Part shown: piece by piece, positions 37,881 to 50,215 of the stretch | Position numbering within the stretch: position 1 is the first letter of the stretch | Layout: every line of letters starts with the position of its first letter | NCBI GenBank assembly: GCA_011109175.1 | Contig: RDEW01000027.1 | Span: forward strand, 515,399-579,398 | Direction: 5' to 3' | DNA from: Dicyema japonicum | Lineage: Eukaryota > Animalia > Dicyemida | Length of the DNA stretch: 64,000 nt | The notes under the pieces: model-generated | Told to the model about the DNA's origin: nothing | What the model saw: the letters and a program-made list of their open reading frames with translations, nothing else | Databases searched by the model: none | Position numbers and translations under genes: made by a program

Positions 37881-38297
37881 ATGCATTGGGATCCTTACAA
37901 AGTTTATCATCATACGCCTGAGGAATTGAGTTTGATGGCTAAACGAGCTGAACTCAGAAGTATCCGGAAGGAGCAGTTCAAGAAATTAGTATCCAGTCCA
38001 CTAAAACCATCTAACTCAACAATTGTATTATAAAATAAGCAGTTATAGTTCGATCCGGCCGCTCAGAGATATTTTTCAATGAGATGTGTCCCTCACGAGT
38101 ATTTCAGACCAACCCCCAAGGCTTTGATTGGGAGTTTTCTATTATATGCGTTGCCTGTCATATTCATCAGTTATAATCTTTATAAAAGAATAGTTTTGTT
38201 TTTTGTTTACTATAGAATGAAAATGACCGTAAACGACGAACAGGAGAAATTATGTCGAAGGATGTCCTTAACAAAACTGTTAACTTTACTAATATAA
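37881..38297 (+). CDS. NDUFB4: NADH dehydrogenase 1 beta subcomplex subunit 4 (exact stop uncertain)
   Basis: MHWDPY..TPEEL..RAELRS..FDPAAQRY..YFRPTPK..TM helix..NDRKRRTGE; introns 38025-38048 (24 nt) and 38193-38215 (23 nt); the literal frame reads on to 38581, so the true end is unclear. Confidence 0.85.
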
Positions 38298-38584
38298 TCT
38301 CACTAATTTTATTAATTATTTTTAGCAAAAAACATATTGAAAAATTTATTAAAATAAAGTTAGTTGCTGTCCAAGGTCTCTATTATGGCCTGCAGGCATT
38401 GAGCACGCAATGGGGGTTACCTCTCATGATCGTGAATCCAATGTTCTGGAAGAGGCATCCCGTCATTTTAGGCTCACCCTTCCGCACTCCTGCAAGCCGC
38501 CTAATTGACCTGATAAACTCAGACGTGCTCAGGCCAATAACGCCAGACGTCTCAACCGGGGCCGTTCCCAGGGTGCCATAGGGG

Positions 38585-39380
38585 CAGCGGATTTAAGCCA
38601 TAGAGTTCATGTTATTAATTTATACTCACTTTTTTTCTCGATGTTTTTTCACATAGACAAGATCAACTGCTATTGATCACCGTGTTCTATTGACAGGGCT
38701 AAAGACCTCGAGCGAAGTGGCTTTAATTGATGGCAGATGCTTGTTTGCTGTGAATTCCCTTATCGCTCTAGAATTTATGAACATGAAAGAAATCCTGATT
38801 ACAAAAATGCAATGCGTGGATATTTGGATGTTGCAGCAAGACTTGACATTTTGAGTGAGAAAAAAAATGACGACTTATCGTTGAACGAATTGTCTATGTT
38901 GTTTTTCTCCTTAGTTAGTTAGTTTTTCTCCTTGAAAAGATAATATCGGGTTTCGAGGTCATAGAGACGAAGGAATTTCAAAGTTGGTGAACGATGATTC
39001 CTATGAAACCTATTCTGGAAACTTTTTGGCGATAATCAAATTATAATGTTGTTGTTTTGTTGGAAACTGCAGAATATGATGAATACGCGCAACAAGGTCA
39101 ACTATCTGTCTAATAGGAGCCAGAATGAAATAATCAATGATTTGATTAAAGAGACTGTCTTACACAGATACAAACATATTTGAGGTCTTCAATGTCAAAT
39201 CAGTCAAGTTTATCTTTGATCAGCCTAGAAAAGAAATTCCTGACAAGCGAGGTGAAAGAAGCTGTGGTACATACTTTTGTGGTGACATGGAAGCAAGTGA
39301 CTTTGTTTATTGTTAATGAATTGAATCATGATGCAACTCTTGATCTTTTCATTCTCATTTATGACAAAGAGACCACGTGA
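38585..39380 (+). mobile_element. Degenerate hAT-family (ZMYM1-like/Tip100 group) transposon fragment
   Basis: gcagcggatttaagc terminus-like motif; VNYLSNRSQNEIINDLIKE resembles the Y.S...QNEII block; multiple stops. Confidence 0.5.
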
Positions 39381-39415
39381 GCAGTTTGAAAGTCAATTAG
39401 AGCTTAGGAACCACA

Positions 39416-40122
39416 TGGGACGGTTCCCGAGTTGGAAGAGGTCATAAGCTACATAATTTTATTCCGTTTACTATTCGTTTCTACACTCCTCTATTTGATG
39501 CTAGACTCCTTAGGTCACCAAGGTCTTTGCCGCTTAATTGTTCTCTTTACGGACCTCTAAGCAACATTGAGAACTTCAGAAAACTTACTATCTAGACGTC
39601 AACTGAATCACTCCGCAGATGCTGCGAACTAGTCTTCTATCATGACATTGTTCAAGGAAATAGAAGTCACAAAAGTATTTAACGGTAGAGTCATCTCAAT
39701 ACTCCACTTTATTGTCATTGGGGAGATGAGACGCAGTCCTACATGAGAATGTTTTGTTTGTCTCGCTTCCAGTTGGAACATTCGGTTCCCTTGAGCCCTC
39801 TACGCTCGAATTCCGGTGTCTCTAGGAATCGGATTTCTACACGCACTGATGATCTCCAAGTGCGCTTATAGTTATTTGAGCGAATCTCGCTCTTAATCCT
39901 GGAAGGAATATCCACTCAGTTAGGGCTTCCGTATGAATCTTTATTCAGTAACAGACATTAGTAACAAATCATGCTCCTTCTGAGAGAGAGTGGGCATTGC
40001 CGTGGACGATGACCATACACAAAGCTGTGAAAATCATTTCTGTCTTCGAGTCGTGCCGCAATTGCTTTCCCAAATTCTTTGATGATCATTTTACTCATTC
40101 TCCCAATTTCTGGGACTTGACT
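39416..40122 (-). mobile_element. Degenerate RTE 3' fragment between 33-bp direct repeats
   Basis: Reverse strand ends DLGDLRSLASNRGV*KRIV; repeats 39383-39415 and 40123-40155 differ at one base. Confidence 0.55.
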
Positions 40123-40155
40123 AGTTTGAAGGTCAATTAGAGCTTAGGAACCACA

Positions 40156-40480
40156 GCCGGGTGGCACAGTGGTTAGGTGTCGGGCAAAAGTGGCTTAGGT
40201 CACGGGTTCAATTCTCGCTGCTGTTCACCTGGTGGAAGGTTTCACGCATCTACGATGCGAAAAGGGCTTGACGAGTGACGCCGTCATCAGTGGGGATTCA
40301 CTGCGGAACTGGATAGTCAAAAGGACATACACACAAGAAAAAGAAAAAACAAAGTGAAGAGCATTCCTTGGTTCGCCCTCAACGATTATAATAACTGTTC
40401 TTTACTTAATAAAGTGTGTGTTCTGCACGAGCGAAATCCTAGGTATCTTACGTGCTCATGGCAGTGCTTAATTATTATTT
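40156..40480 (+). mobile_element. tRNA-headed SINE S1 with alternative 3' tail
   Basis: gccggg tggcacagtgg (A box)..ggttcaattc (B box); S1 body; tail cgtgctcatggcagtgcttaattattattt differs from other copies. Confidence 0.85.
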
Positions 40481-40599
40481 ATTATTTCAAATCAAAAAAG
40501 TCAGCAATCCCTATATAAAATTACCCCTTTCCGTAAGATTATACTATTCGTAAGAGTTTGTTGATCCAAGCAATCACTCAGATTTTCCAAAAATAAGGA

Positions 40600-41415
40600 T
40601 AAAATTGCATATATGGTCAATTACGCAGATTGCTAGATGGCAGTCTAAAAGATTTTCTGAGAAAAATCCCCGTGGAGAAGGAGAATTTTATAATTTCTAA
40701 GAAAATAGCATCCAATTTTCGTCACGAGGGGGTGACCGACATCGAAAATTACGTTTGTTGGCCTCTTACATGTTAGTGAGGTCGGGGTAACTAACTAAGG
40801 AGATTGCTCGTCCTTCTGGGTTTTCTTTCCCCTCTCTATTTTGATATCAACGATCCGATGATACGTGGGACTTTTTCCTGATGTTTTTACTTTTAATGGA
40901 ACGTCAATCGCCTCCAAAAACTCTATCAAAATACTGGAGATCACCTTATGACTTTCAGCAAACATGTCAGCAACGTCATTTCCTCCTCCAACGAATACTA
41001 AATTTGTAAAAACACCTCTTGGATACTACAAAAGCTATTTCTACTCAAAATTAAACCACATTTATACGCAACACGTTCAACCGACAATCAGCTACTGCTG
41101 TGCGGCATGGGGCACAAAACCCTATACGAACCTACAGAAAATTAACGTCTTCCAAGAAACAGTCACGAGGGTCCTACAAATTTTCTCTTCGCCATTGATG
41201 CCAACTCCGTTTGAACAACTTGCTAGGAGAACGGAAGCCCGATTGAAATCTCCAAAATTCCGAAAAGTGTCTCATTCACACAGGAAGTGCGTCGGCTCTC
41301 GGGAGGAACACCGAGAAAGGATGAGACGGCTACTTAATGAGATCGGGATCACCTGAGGCCACCCATTCCCTTTTATTATGTCAATGATTCTTGGTTTTAA
41401 ATAAATAAATAAAAA
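40600..41415 (+). pseudogene. Degenerate I/Jockey-group LINE 3' region (related copy at 46050-46260, minus strand)
   Basis: IYTQHVQPTISYCCAAWG; aataaataaataaaaa tail; actccgtt.ga..a.ct...agg.gaacgg.a.cccgattg shared with the reverse complement of 46140-46210. Confidence 0.6.
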
Positions 41416-42329
41416 CGTGGCCTTTGCGGAAGCGGAACCAAAGCAAGTGAGTGTCTGTGTTATGTTTGAGGGAAAGAAACCAAAGGCTCCTGTTACACTT
41501 AAAACCAGAAATCCCGATGTCTCCTGTAATAAGTCCGTTTATCTCCCCTACAGCGGTCCCTTGTTAGAAGTGGACATGAAGCCATTTTACGGAAACTATC
41601 TTTCTGTACCGGAGACATTGTGCCCGACCTAAGTCAGCTTTATATTTTTAAGTCATTTATGTATTGCCAGGATCACAAGGTTAAAAAGAGAGTCCTCAAC
41701 TAACTAACTGATCCCAAACCGACAAGGAGGTCGACGGGGACGGGTATTGTTTATGGACCCACCTTTTAATTCAAGTAAGTTTCAAGGTATTTGAATGGGA
41801 TTTTGTTTATGGACTGCCTGGTATGGTTTCTGTCTTTAACATGTTCAGTGTCATTCAACAGGATTTGTGTCGAGAAAGGAGGACTTGAAACTTTCTCCAA
41901 TAATTTTATGTACAGTTTCTCGAACGGCGGACATTTTATGATGAGTCATCGTATCCAAGTGGTGTACAAAGAAAAGTTTTTTTGAATAATGCCAATTTTT
42001 ATTACTCATCCACGTGTTAATTATCATCATAAACTTTTGCCACGCTACCAAATGTATCATCCCCTCTTGAAATATGGATATGGGAGCGTAATGATACCAT
42101 CCTACCAAATGAATCACCCTCTCTTGGAGTCGACAAATATCTTTGAATTCATTTCAGTGCTGCCAAATATTGGAGAAATCTATAATTTTCCGTTTGAACC
42201 ACGTTCATGGGTGTTTCAGCTTCCAAAATGACCCAAAATGTTTTGTAGGTAACAAATTACCATGGTAAAGTGACTGAGCCGATGAAAGAAGTATTAAGCT
42301 GATTCTTTCTTCCAAATTGTTTTTGAGAC

Positions 42330-42580
42330 ATTACCTGCACTAAGTGTTAGAGAAGGACGTCATTGCATCAACAACAATGTTATGGAAGCTTACTTCCAGA
42401 GCAGTAGTGGATACCACGGACGTCAACGCTACTCTCTCCCTATTGCAATTCACGAAGATCTTTGAACTGTAAAGAAGAAACTCGAAAATGCAGACTACTT
42501 AGATGTCCTTCGCCTTCTCAAGGAAAGCGTAAAGGAATCTAACATGGAAGATTGTCCACGAAGAGATAACTTTTGTTTAG
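42330..42580 (+). pseudogene. Degenerate RTE 3' fragment
   Basis: MEAYF..GYHGRQRYSLP....DL...KKLENADYLDVLR aligns with the intact RTE C-terminus. Confidence 0.6.
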
Positions 42581-43309
42581 TTATGTTTTTCAAATAATAC
42601 TTGAAGTAGTGATCTTCTGACATGAACTTAATATTCATTTTTAGTTTTTGCTTTTAGCTGCCTTAATTTTTTACTCAATAAATTTGTCTTTCTTTTTAGG
42701 CAACTATGGACCTTACATCCTGGTCCACTCCTTATTCTCATTTAACTTTACACAAACCGATGAACCACATCATGAAATTCTTTGCTATCCAACCAAGAAT
42801 AAATCTCCTTGATCCCTTCAAGCAGGTATAACAGTGCTAGTCAGTCAGGTGGGCAATTAGTCGGAAGATCTAGGTGGTGGAGTACCTACATTGCACGGAA
42901 CGTCTAATTAACTGCCAATAATGAATAAAAAATAACAAATAATTAATTGCACCAATAATAAATGGCAAAAATCCAGACCACTGTAACATCAAACTAACAA
43001 CTCACGTGATCTCCGCACGGTCCAAAAGAGACCTCATTTTGGCTGATGTTCCTCCCTCGAGCCCATACAAGCGTGTATCGACTGTATAACTGGATTCTCG
43101 TAGTCAGAGACGTTTTTATTCCCAACGGGCCCGCTCCTCGGTTCATTATTATTATCTATCCCCAATTGAAATGTTACCGTGGAGTCAGGTGGTTCACCTT
43201 ATGTGATGGAGCTCAATGTGGAAAGACACTGAAAAGAACCATTTTCTTTTCCCCATCCAGTCGACCCGAATGTCTGCATGGTATACCTCAGTTCATGGGA
43301 TTAGGAAAT

Positions 43310-43640
43310 AATAATAAATAATAATAAAGCCTTTCACGAGAGCCATAGTATTTTATAGCTCCGCATAGGCAGGACACACACTTATTTAAGTAAAGAACAG
43401 TTAATTTTAACTAATCGTAGAACCAAGGAATGATCTTCACTTTTTTTTTCTTTTTTCTTGTGTGTGGGTCCTTTCTAGACAAATCCAGTTCCGCAGTGAG
43501 TATTCACTGATGACGGCGTCACTCGTCAAACCATTTGCATCGTAGATGCGTGGAACCTTCCACCAGGTGAACAGCAGCGAGAGTTCGGAACCCGTAGCCT
43601 AAGCCACTTAAGCCCGACACCTAACCACTAAACCACCCGG
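43310..43640 (-). mobile_element. tRNA-headed SINE S1 with TSD
   Basis: Head ccgggtggtttagtggttagg..gggttccgaactc; (tat)n tail; GGATTAGGAAAT at 43298-43309 and 43639-43650. Confidence 0.9.
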
Positions 43641-43734
43641 ATTAGGAAATCCAGAGGCCTAATAACATGGTCTTTATTGGAAAATTCGAATTTTCTCAAA
43701 TTTGTATTTCATAAATTTATTTATTTAATTTATC

Positions 43735-43965
43735 CATGAGACATTCCCTTTTGCTAATGGAACCTGGTTTGGGACACAACGTGTGCTTATACGTAACCTT
43801 CGAAAATGTGGGCAGCTTCAGCCTCGGACCCAGACCATGATTCTAGAAAGCCGAGGATCAGAAAAGAAGGAAGCGCCAAAGCATTTCGGAGGATCATTGG
43901 TTTCTCCCATTTTCTGTTGCGAATCTTTGGCTCACAAGCGGGCGACCTATTCGTCGTATCCAGTT
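43735..43965 (+). mobile_element. Degenerate CRE-like fragment
   Basis: cttcagcctcggacccagaccatg..ttcggaggatca..tgttg..ttggctcacaagc is homologous to the reverse complement of 50000-50140. Confidence 0.6.
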
Positions 43966-44084
43966 ATTATAGTCGCTGAATCATTCCTATATCGCATACA
44001 AGTTCATCCAGAACCAATGAAAAAAAAAGTCCACGCAGTTGCATAAATCATACCATCACTGCAGTGGGCGTCATATGAGACAGG

Positions 44085-44215
44085 TAGAGCACTTGATGAC
44101 GTTTTTAGTAGAACGAGAGAAGACAGGGACATAAGAAAGGAAGAGAAATCTTTGATCAATCTGAAGCAATGATAATCGTAACTTGAGTTGTTTTTAACTG
44201 ATATGTTAACAGGCT
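44085..44215 (+). repeat. Dispersed repeat family R3
   Basis: tgatgacgtttt.ag.agaacgagagaagacaggga..aaggagaa.tctttga...atctgaagca..ataatcgt shared with 57130-57240. Confidence 0.65.
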
Positions 44216-45179
44216 TGAAGTATTCGGTACCAGCAAGACGGAGTTCGTCCAAATAATTTGGCAGCTTTCAGGATCATGGATGAGTGAGTCCAGTTCAATG
44301 ACTATTTCCAACATCACCTTAGTGAGCATATGGGTTATCTCAGTCCTGAATGGCAGCAAATATTAATCTATCAATAACAATGATGTCGTAGACTCCTACT
44401 CGTCCGCGATTTCCAACTCACTTTTCAGTGTTTTTAGGTCTTTGCTTCAACGAAAGCAACTCTCTTGGCAAACATAATAGCCTTCCATGGCTATATATGC
44501 TGGGGAGGCCGTATCTATTGAACATAAATATATAATTTTATTAAGTGAATGATGTCATAATTTATCGAAATATCTCAGGAAACTTTTCTACTCCATTTAA
44601 GGGGTTCGCACAATGGTGGATTTTCATGGACTTAGTATGGATATATGGTGCTTAGTATGGATATACCTCAACTAGATGTTGATTAGCTCTTAACCTCTTT
44701 TCGGTATATCCAAGATATTATAACAACATAGAATCATATAAGCTATAATTCTATTAATGCCCACCCGTGAGGCGACGAGTCCTTCTGGCACGACACAGCT
44801 GTTTGAAAGGGATCTTCACTTCTCTTGACCAAATCCTCTGGTAAAGATTACATTATGAAAATTCTTCCGCCGAAGAATTAAGTGTTGTCGCGACAGTAGG
44901 ACATGTGATGAAAATGGAAGAGGGCGAACCTACTTCTCCACTCTCTTCTTGTTCGGTACAAGCAGATGTTCTCCCTTGGGTTCATCCTTAGATTTAATAT
45001 GACTGTTTGTGCTGGGCTTGTAAGTTTGGGGTTTATTAATAAATTCTATTTGTGCATGATCCGATACTAGTCTCTTCCACCCTCTCTGTTCGATGCCAGG
45101 TTCCGCAGGCTGCTGAAGTCTTCACAGTCCCTTATTATTCTGTCACTGTTCTCAGGTCATCATTCAGGACCTTGGTAAT

Positions 45180-45620
45180 TTTTCCCAGATGTTTATAAGA
45201 ATTCTTTCACGATGATGTTTGATTGCGTGTCTCGCTCTATTTTTAGAATGTGATCAAACAATTTCCAGCATGTCTTCACTATCAGGATGCTCAGAGGTCC
45301 AGAAGAACATTTTTGTACAATGCTTCACTCCTTACACATTGACCACTTTAGTCGCGAACAAAGTTGTTTTCTATGAAAGAAGTCGAATTTTTGAGATTCC
45401 CAGCGTGTCAAGTTGTGGGCAAGGATCATTTTCACGAAGGGAGAGAGGGAGTCTCCTTGAGGAGTTCCTACTGGTGTCACGATTTCTTGCGACATGCATT
45501 TTCCAATATGCACTCTCAACCCCGTGATCGATAGAAGTATCCGTACTAGGGCGACCGAGTCCTAATCCAGGAAACTTTCCAGCACTTCAATGAGTTTTTC
45601 TCAACGGACAGTGTCGAACG
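45180..45620 (-). pseudogene. Internally deleted RTE RT remnant (a further RTE 3' piece lies at 44390-44530)
   Basis: VGTPQGDSLSP..HNLTRWESQKFDFFHRKQL; the 44390-44530 piece reads PAYIAMEGYY. Confidence 0.55.
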
Positions 45621-45654
45621 CTCTGGTGAGATCAATCCCGAGGATAGAACGTCA

Positions 45655-45745
45655 GAAAATTAAATTAAAATTATTCCAAAGACCAAGGGTAACCAAACTA
45701 ACGAACTCCTTGATCCTGACTTGTTCTAGAACTTGTCTCCAGGTA
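45655..45745 (-). repeat. Dispersed repeat family R5 copy
   Basis: aaaattattccaaagaccaag..ctccttgatcctgacttgttc shared with 61205-61292. Confidence 0.65.
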
Positions 45746-45774
45746 ACGACATTGTCCCCGGAGAAAGAATAGTT

Positions 45775-45901
45775 GGATCCTTTTGATGCCGGTCAGGCAT
45801 TAAGCGTCTCCTCAGTAAGGTAAATCCAGTGATGTCATCGGAGGGAAGGAAAGTAATTTTGGACAAACTAACCGCATAGCACCCCATGGCGTTACGCGGC
45901 C
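45775..45901 (-). repeat. SINE-like family S2, 5' part
   Basis: Head ggccgcgtaacgccatggggtgctatgcggtt and core gcctgaccggcatcaaaaaggatc. Confidence 0.55.
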
Positions 45902-46659
45902 ATATTAATGATCCATATTAAGGATAGAACTTAGGACTCTGCTGAATATTATTAAATAAAATAAATAGTGGATATATTAACTGATATTAAAATTTAAACG
46001 AAAATTTTTTAATTTATTTATTTAAAACCAAGAATTACCGACATATCAAAAAGAAACGTGACCGTCTGGTGATCCCGCCTTCCTTTAGCATCCATTCACG
46101 ATGTCATTCCCGAGAACCGATGCACTAACTGTACGTACGGGACACTCCACTGGATTTCGGAGGTGGCAATCGGGTTCCCGTTCCCCTCGTAGGTTCCTCG
46201 AACGGAGTCATCTTGTGTAATATCACGTGGTTGATAGAATGCCAGAATAGCCTTATATTTATTAAAACAACGTCAAATTGCCTAAATAATTTGCATTGTA
46301 TTGACATATATTGAGGGATGATAATTCTATTTATGATTCATCACAAAATTAGTCATTAGCCATCCAGATGAGTTTCCCTTGGACGACACTTCCTTCAAGT
46401 CCGAGCATGCAAAGATTGCTGAGGGGGGCCGAGATCACGTGATTTTTTGCCATTTTGGCTATGGTGGCGGTTTTCTGGTTCAAAAAATTTAAATTTAACT
46501 TTTGGGGACAAGTGAAGATGCTTTAAACTTGTGTACACGCTGATTTAAGTGATTTTAGCTTGAGTGCAGATTTGATGGTTAGATATGATATGCTAGATAG
46601 TGAATGTGATGAATTTGCGTTATTTATCAATTTTTAAGCTAATTTAACGCATAAGTTTA

Positions 46660-47762
46660 ATGTCTAATCAAAAGGTGTTATCTGTGCAGAGTCACGTGGT
46701 GTCGGGATGGTTGGAAATAAGGTGTCAGCACACACAATGAGGGTACTAGTTCCGTATGACTAACAGGTCATGGGAATCTCCGTGGATGAGATTCACACCG
46801 TCCATTTCAGCAATCCCTCTAGTTTCTTATTCAACTAATATTAGACTATAAGGTGCTTAGTGGGACGGAGTTGTCATGTGAAGAGCTTACCAACATATAT
46901 GAAGCCCTTAAATTCAACCAAATAAGCGGATACTCCCATGTCCTCACTGGTGGTCACATTTTATGTATCTTAGGCTACGTCAAAAGAAAGGATGTCTTAT
47001 TGAAGCTCAAAGATATCATAGTGGACCTCAAATCTCACGGAGAGTTCAAGATATATTGTATTACATATTAGTCACGTGTTTAGTCTGTGACCCAGTTCTT
47101 GGTGATAATGGAAGATTTGTATTAACATTTTTAATGCTTAGTATGTCCCAGAAGAGTTGTTAGCAATTTACAAGAATTCGATTCTACCAATTGCCGACGT
47201 TTTGATCCCCAATAAATTTGAGGCTGAGTAAGAGTCCATTATATTCCAGGCAACTATCCGGACTCACACTATCAGCCAATAGTGAGGATATTAAGAGTGT
47301 GCTGAAGCGACTGCACGAATTTGGACCCAGCAAGGTCATAATAAGCAGTATTGATGATGACTGTTCTATGATAACTGTTGCCTCTGAGAGGAATGCTGGT
47401 TGAACATGATTTTCTATTAAGATGGGACATTCCGAGCTCACAAGATCAGATATCGTAGATCTGACATCAAATTTGTTGGATCTGGTGATCTATTTTCCGC
47501 TCTTATTGTTTCATTCTACATCAAGTTAGGCGGAGTTTTGGAGGTCTGATTTGGTTAATACCGTAGAACACCACCATTTCTGCTGTTTCCGTGATGCAGG
47601 ACATTATAACGGCGGCGGAAAGCGACATAAACAGTATTATGTGCTATTATGTTAGTAAATTCCAACTCGACATTTATTAAAATAGAAAAATATGTCAAAA
47701 TTTTATTGGCAAACCATCATGTCGACTTAGCGTCGATTATATTGAGTAGACTTAATTTTTAA
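46660..47762 (+). CDS. PDXK: Pyridoxal kinase
   Basis: KVLSVQSHVVSG(M)VGNK, VHFSN, VLTGY, CDPVLGD, YVPEELL, PNKFEAE, FVGSGDLF; nine introns of 22-26 nt; one missing G at 46704-46706; last exon uncertain. Confidence 0.93.
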
Positions 47763-48289
47763 ATTGACTTGTTGGTTAAATTGTTTTTTATTTTGTTACT
47801 TTTTAGTTTAAGTAATTAACCCCGATAGTAGACCTAAATGTCACAAAGCAGAATTCCTTCCACGTCGCACTAGCCCGTCCAAATAAAACGTCCAGTTTTG
47901 CAGTTGTGGGAACTCTTCCAGTAGACTAGTAGCTCGAAATATATTCTTAAAACTATTCCTACTATAATAATAGCCCTTTCGTAGAGAAGCAGCAATGGTT
48001 AGACTACTAAACCCCCACTTTGACAGAATGCACACTATTTTAAATGGAGATATGCTAATTAATCGTGGTAAGGAGGACAAGACATCATGAATGTCCTTAA
48101 TTTTTTGGTTGCATAAGAGTCCCTGTAGACGATCCAGGCCTGCAGTGACGGCTTAAGTCGCAAAACCCGGAAACATGGTAGATACATGGAACCTTAAGTC
48201 GGAATAGCTGAAATTAGGATTTTTGAAATTAAACTGCGTGAAAAAATCGATAAAATTATCAAATAGCAACGGATTTTCCAATCCGTCCT

Positions 48290-48480
48290 TCAGACAAGGA
48301 AGGTCTAGATAGAAGGAAAACCCTTTGCAGAGGAATAAATGCCCTGTTGTCTCTTCAGAGGAGTTGGATACTTGACAAATTGGGTCACATGGACCTAATT
48401 AAAATTCTACATTCTTAATGAATGCGGAAGTGCCTCTGCCAATACAGGTGTGGATATAGAGTAGAAATTGACTTCATCCA
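48290..48480 (-). pseudogene. Possible C-terminal CCHC region of a decayed LINE
   Basis: ICQVSNSSEETTGHLFLC resembles C..C......ET..H...C. Confidence 0.35.
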
Positions 48481-49139
48481 TAATTTTTTATTTTCAGTTT
48501 TATGGGCGATGGATGAGATGTACTCTTCCATTTCCTTGGTTAATTTTCTGAGTAATCGTCGGATTTAGCTCATTTAATATTTAGGGTCGACATTCCTGAG
48601 TTTAAATAGTTTCCTCTGCCTTAGCAAGCATATTATGTCACTTGGGAAGTTTGGTTGATAAGCTGAGTTTGCCAATCAATACTTTGTTGAGAACATCAAT
48701 TGCCTTGTCAATTTGTGAGTAACTGTAGACGTCAAAATTTGCAAGGTCACTGACTACTTTGTCATAGTAATCCTTTAGTAGGCCTTTGTAGTTTGTAAGG
48801 ACTGATCTTGACAATCGAGTAAGTCGAAGATCTTAGAAGTTTTGGAAAAGCTCTTAATGGATAAAATATCTATTAAACGTGAGTTATCCTAGAAGTTTTG
48901 GAAAAGCTGCAATCTCTCCTCGAATTCAAAACCGGAAGAGATCGGGACGATTAGAATGATTTGGTTCTCCTCGAAACGATTGAAGTGAATTTATAATAAG
49001 GCGTTAAACCATCATAATTGATTCATATAAATCGATAGATCAAATTTTATTGATTTAAAATTCTTTGTTCATAAACCCAATTAGCATTAAATTTTTAAGG
49101 TTTTCCAAACTTATTGTCACAGGATCACCGTGTTAAAAC

Positions 49140-49345
49140 GAAAAAAAGAGTGCTAAACTATCCAAGTGATCCATTTTCAATGGTCAGAATGAGACACATC
49201 CATTCAAGCATCACGTCCATCCATACCCGCCATTGTGGAACCCCTCCAGTGTAGTAGGAAAGAGCGAGATTTTTTTTGTTTGCCGGTCAGGCACTGGGCG
49301 TTTATTTGAACAGGTAGACCATATGACTCCTCTTAGAAATTAAAG
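49140..49345 (-). repeat. SINE-like family S2 copy
   Basis: cattgtggaacccctccagtg..tttgccggtcaggcactgggcg is the reverse complement of the S2 core. Confidence 0.6.
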
Positions 49346-49934
49346 AAGGAAAGAGTAGAAAGAACTCATCGATCAGGTAGATAGAATTGAACTGACAGCA
49401 GCAATCAGCAATAACCACTAACCTTCCTTGTATACAAATATTTTTCTTAAAATTGAATTTTTATTTATTTACAAAACACCGGGAAGAGAAGGAAGGTAAT
49501 AGTAACCGAATTAATTCGGTGATCTCGATTCTCCCTATCACCCTCGACATTTTCATCCTGTGATCATCAAAGTACCACAGGAATTCTAATGATCTGTCTA
49601 ATGATTTCGCGCCCTGGCTACGAGTTCTGAAATCGACTCCAGTTTCCAGGACAAAGTCCTCTAAGGCTTTCGCAAATAAAAAGAAAATCATTCTTACCAT
49701 CGGTAACAAATTCGCATTCTTCAAACCATTCTAGAGACTGAGCCCACTCAGTCGCTTCTTAAAAGATCCACGACTGGGTTTCTACTAATGCTATCAAAAC
49801 CTTCTGGAAAGTTTTCTGCAGAATATTGACGGAAGCGAAGCTTTCTTACCGCGGGAAGTTGATTTCCACCTCAGACGCTTTCCCCTTTCTGCCTTCTAAT
49901 ACAGTGTTTCTTAACCTTTTTCGCATCGCCCCAA

Positions 49935-50215
49935 TGAAAAAAAATTTCGCTCCTGTCCTTGATGACCCTTATGATCATTGATCCAATTTTACGGACTAGA
50001 TAGTCTGCTTGTGGGCCAAGGATTCCTGAGGTCTCAACAGCAATTGGGACAAACAAGTGATCCTCCGAACAGCTCGGTACTTACTTCTTGGCTTGCTTAG
50101 AAGCATGACCTGGGTCCGAGACTGAAGGGCCCAATTTCTTCGAAAAGTATGTATCAACACATGTAGCGTCCAAGCTAGGTTCCGACCGTAGCAAAAGGGA
50201 ATGTCGGGTGAGACC
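49935..50215 (-). mobile_element. Degenerate CRE-like fragment
   Basis: LDATCVDTY..FVPIAVETSGILGPQADYLVRKIGSMI. Confidence 0.7.

Noticed and set aside
40156-40225. tRNA gene (also at 43570-43640 and 17925-17985)
   Set aside because: A and B boxes are present, but I could not fold a convincing cloverleaf, and each is fused to the same repeat body and tail; these are SINE heads.
46690-46699. GTCACGTG as a promoter element before the ATG at 46708
   Set aside because: It encodes the conserved QSHV of pyridoxal kinase; the true start is at 46660. The CACGTG at about 52056 is likewise PMVK coding sequence.
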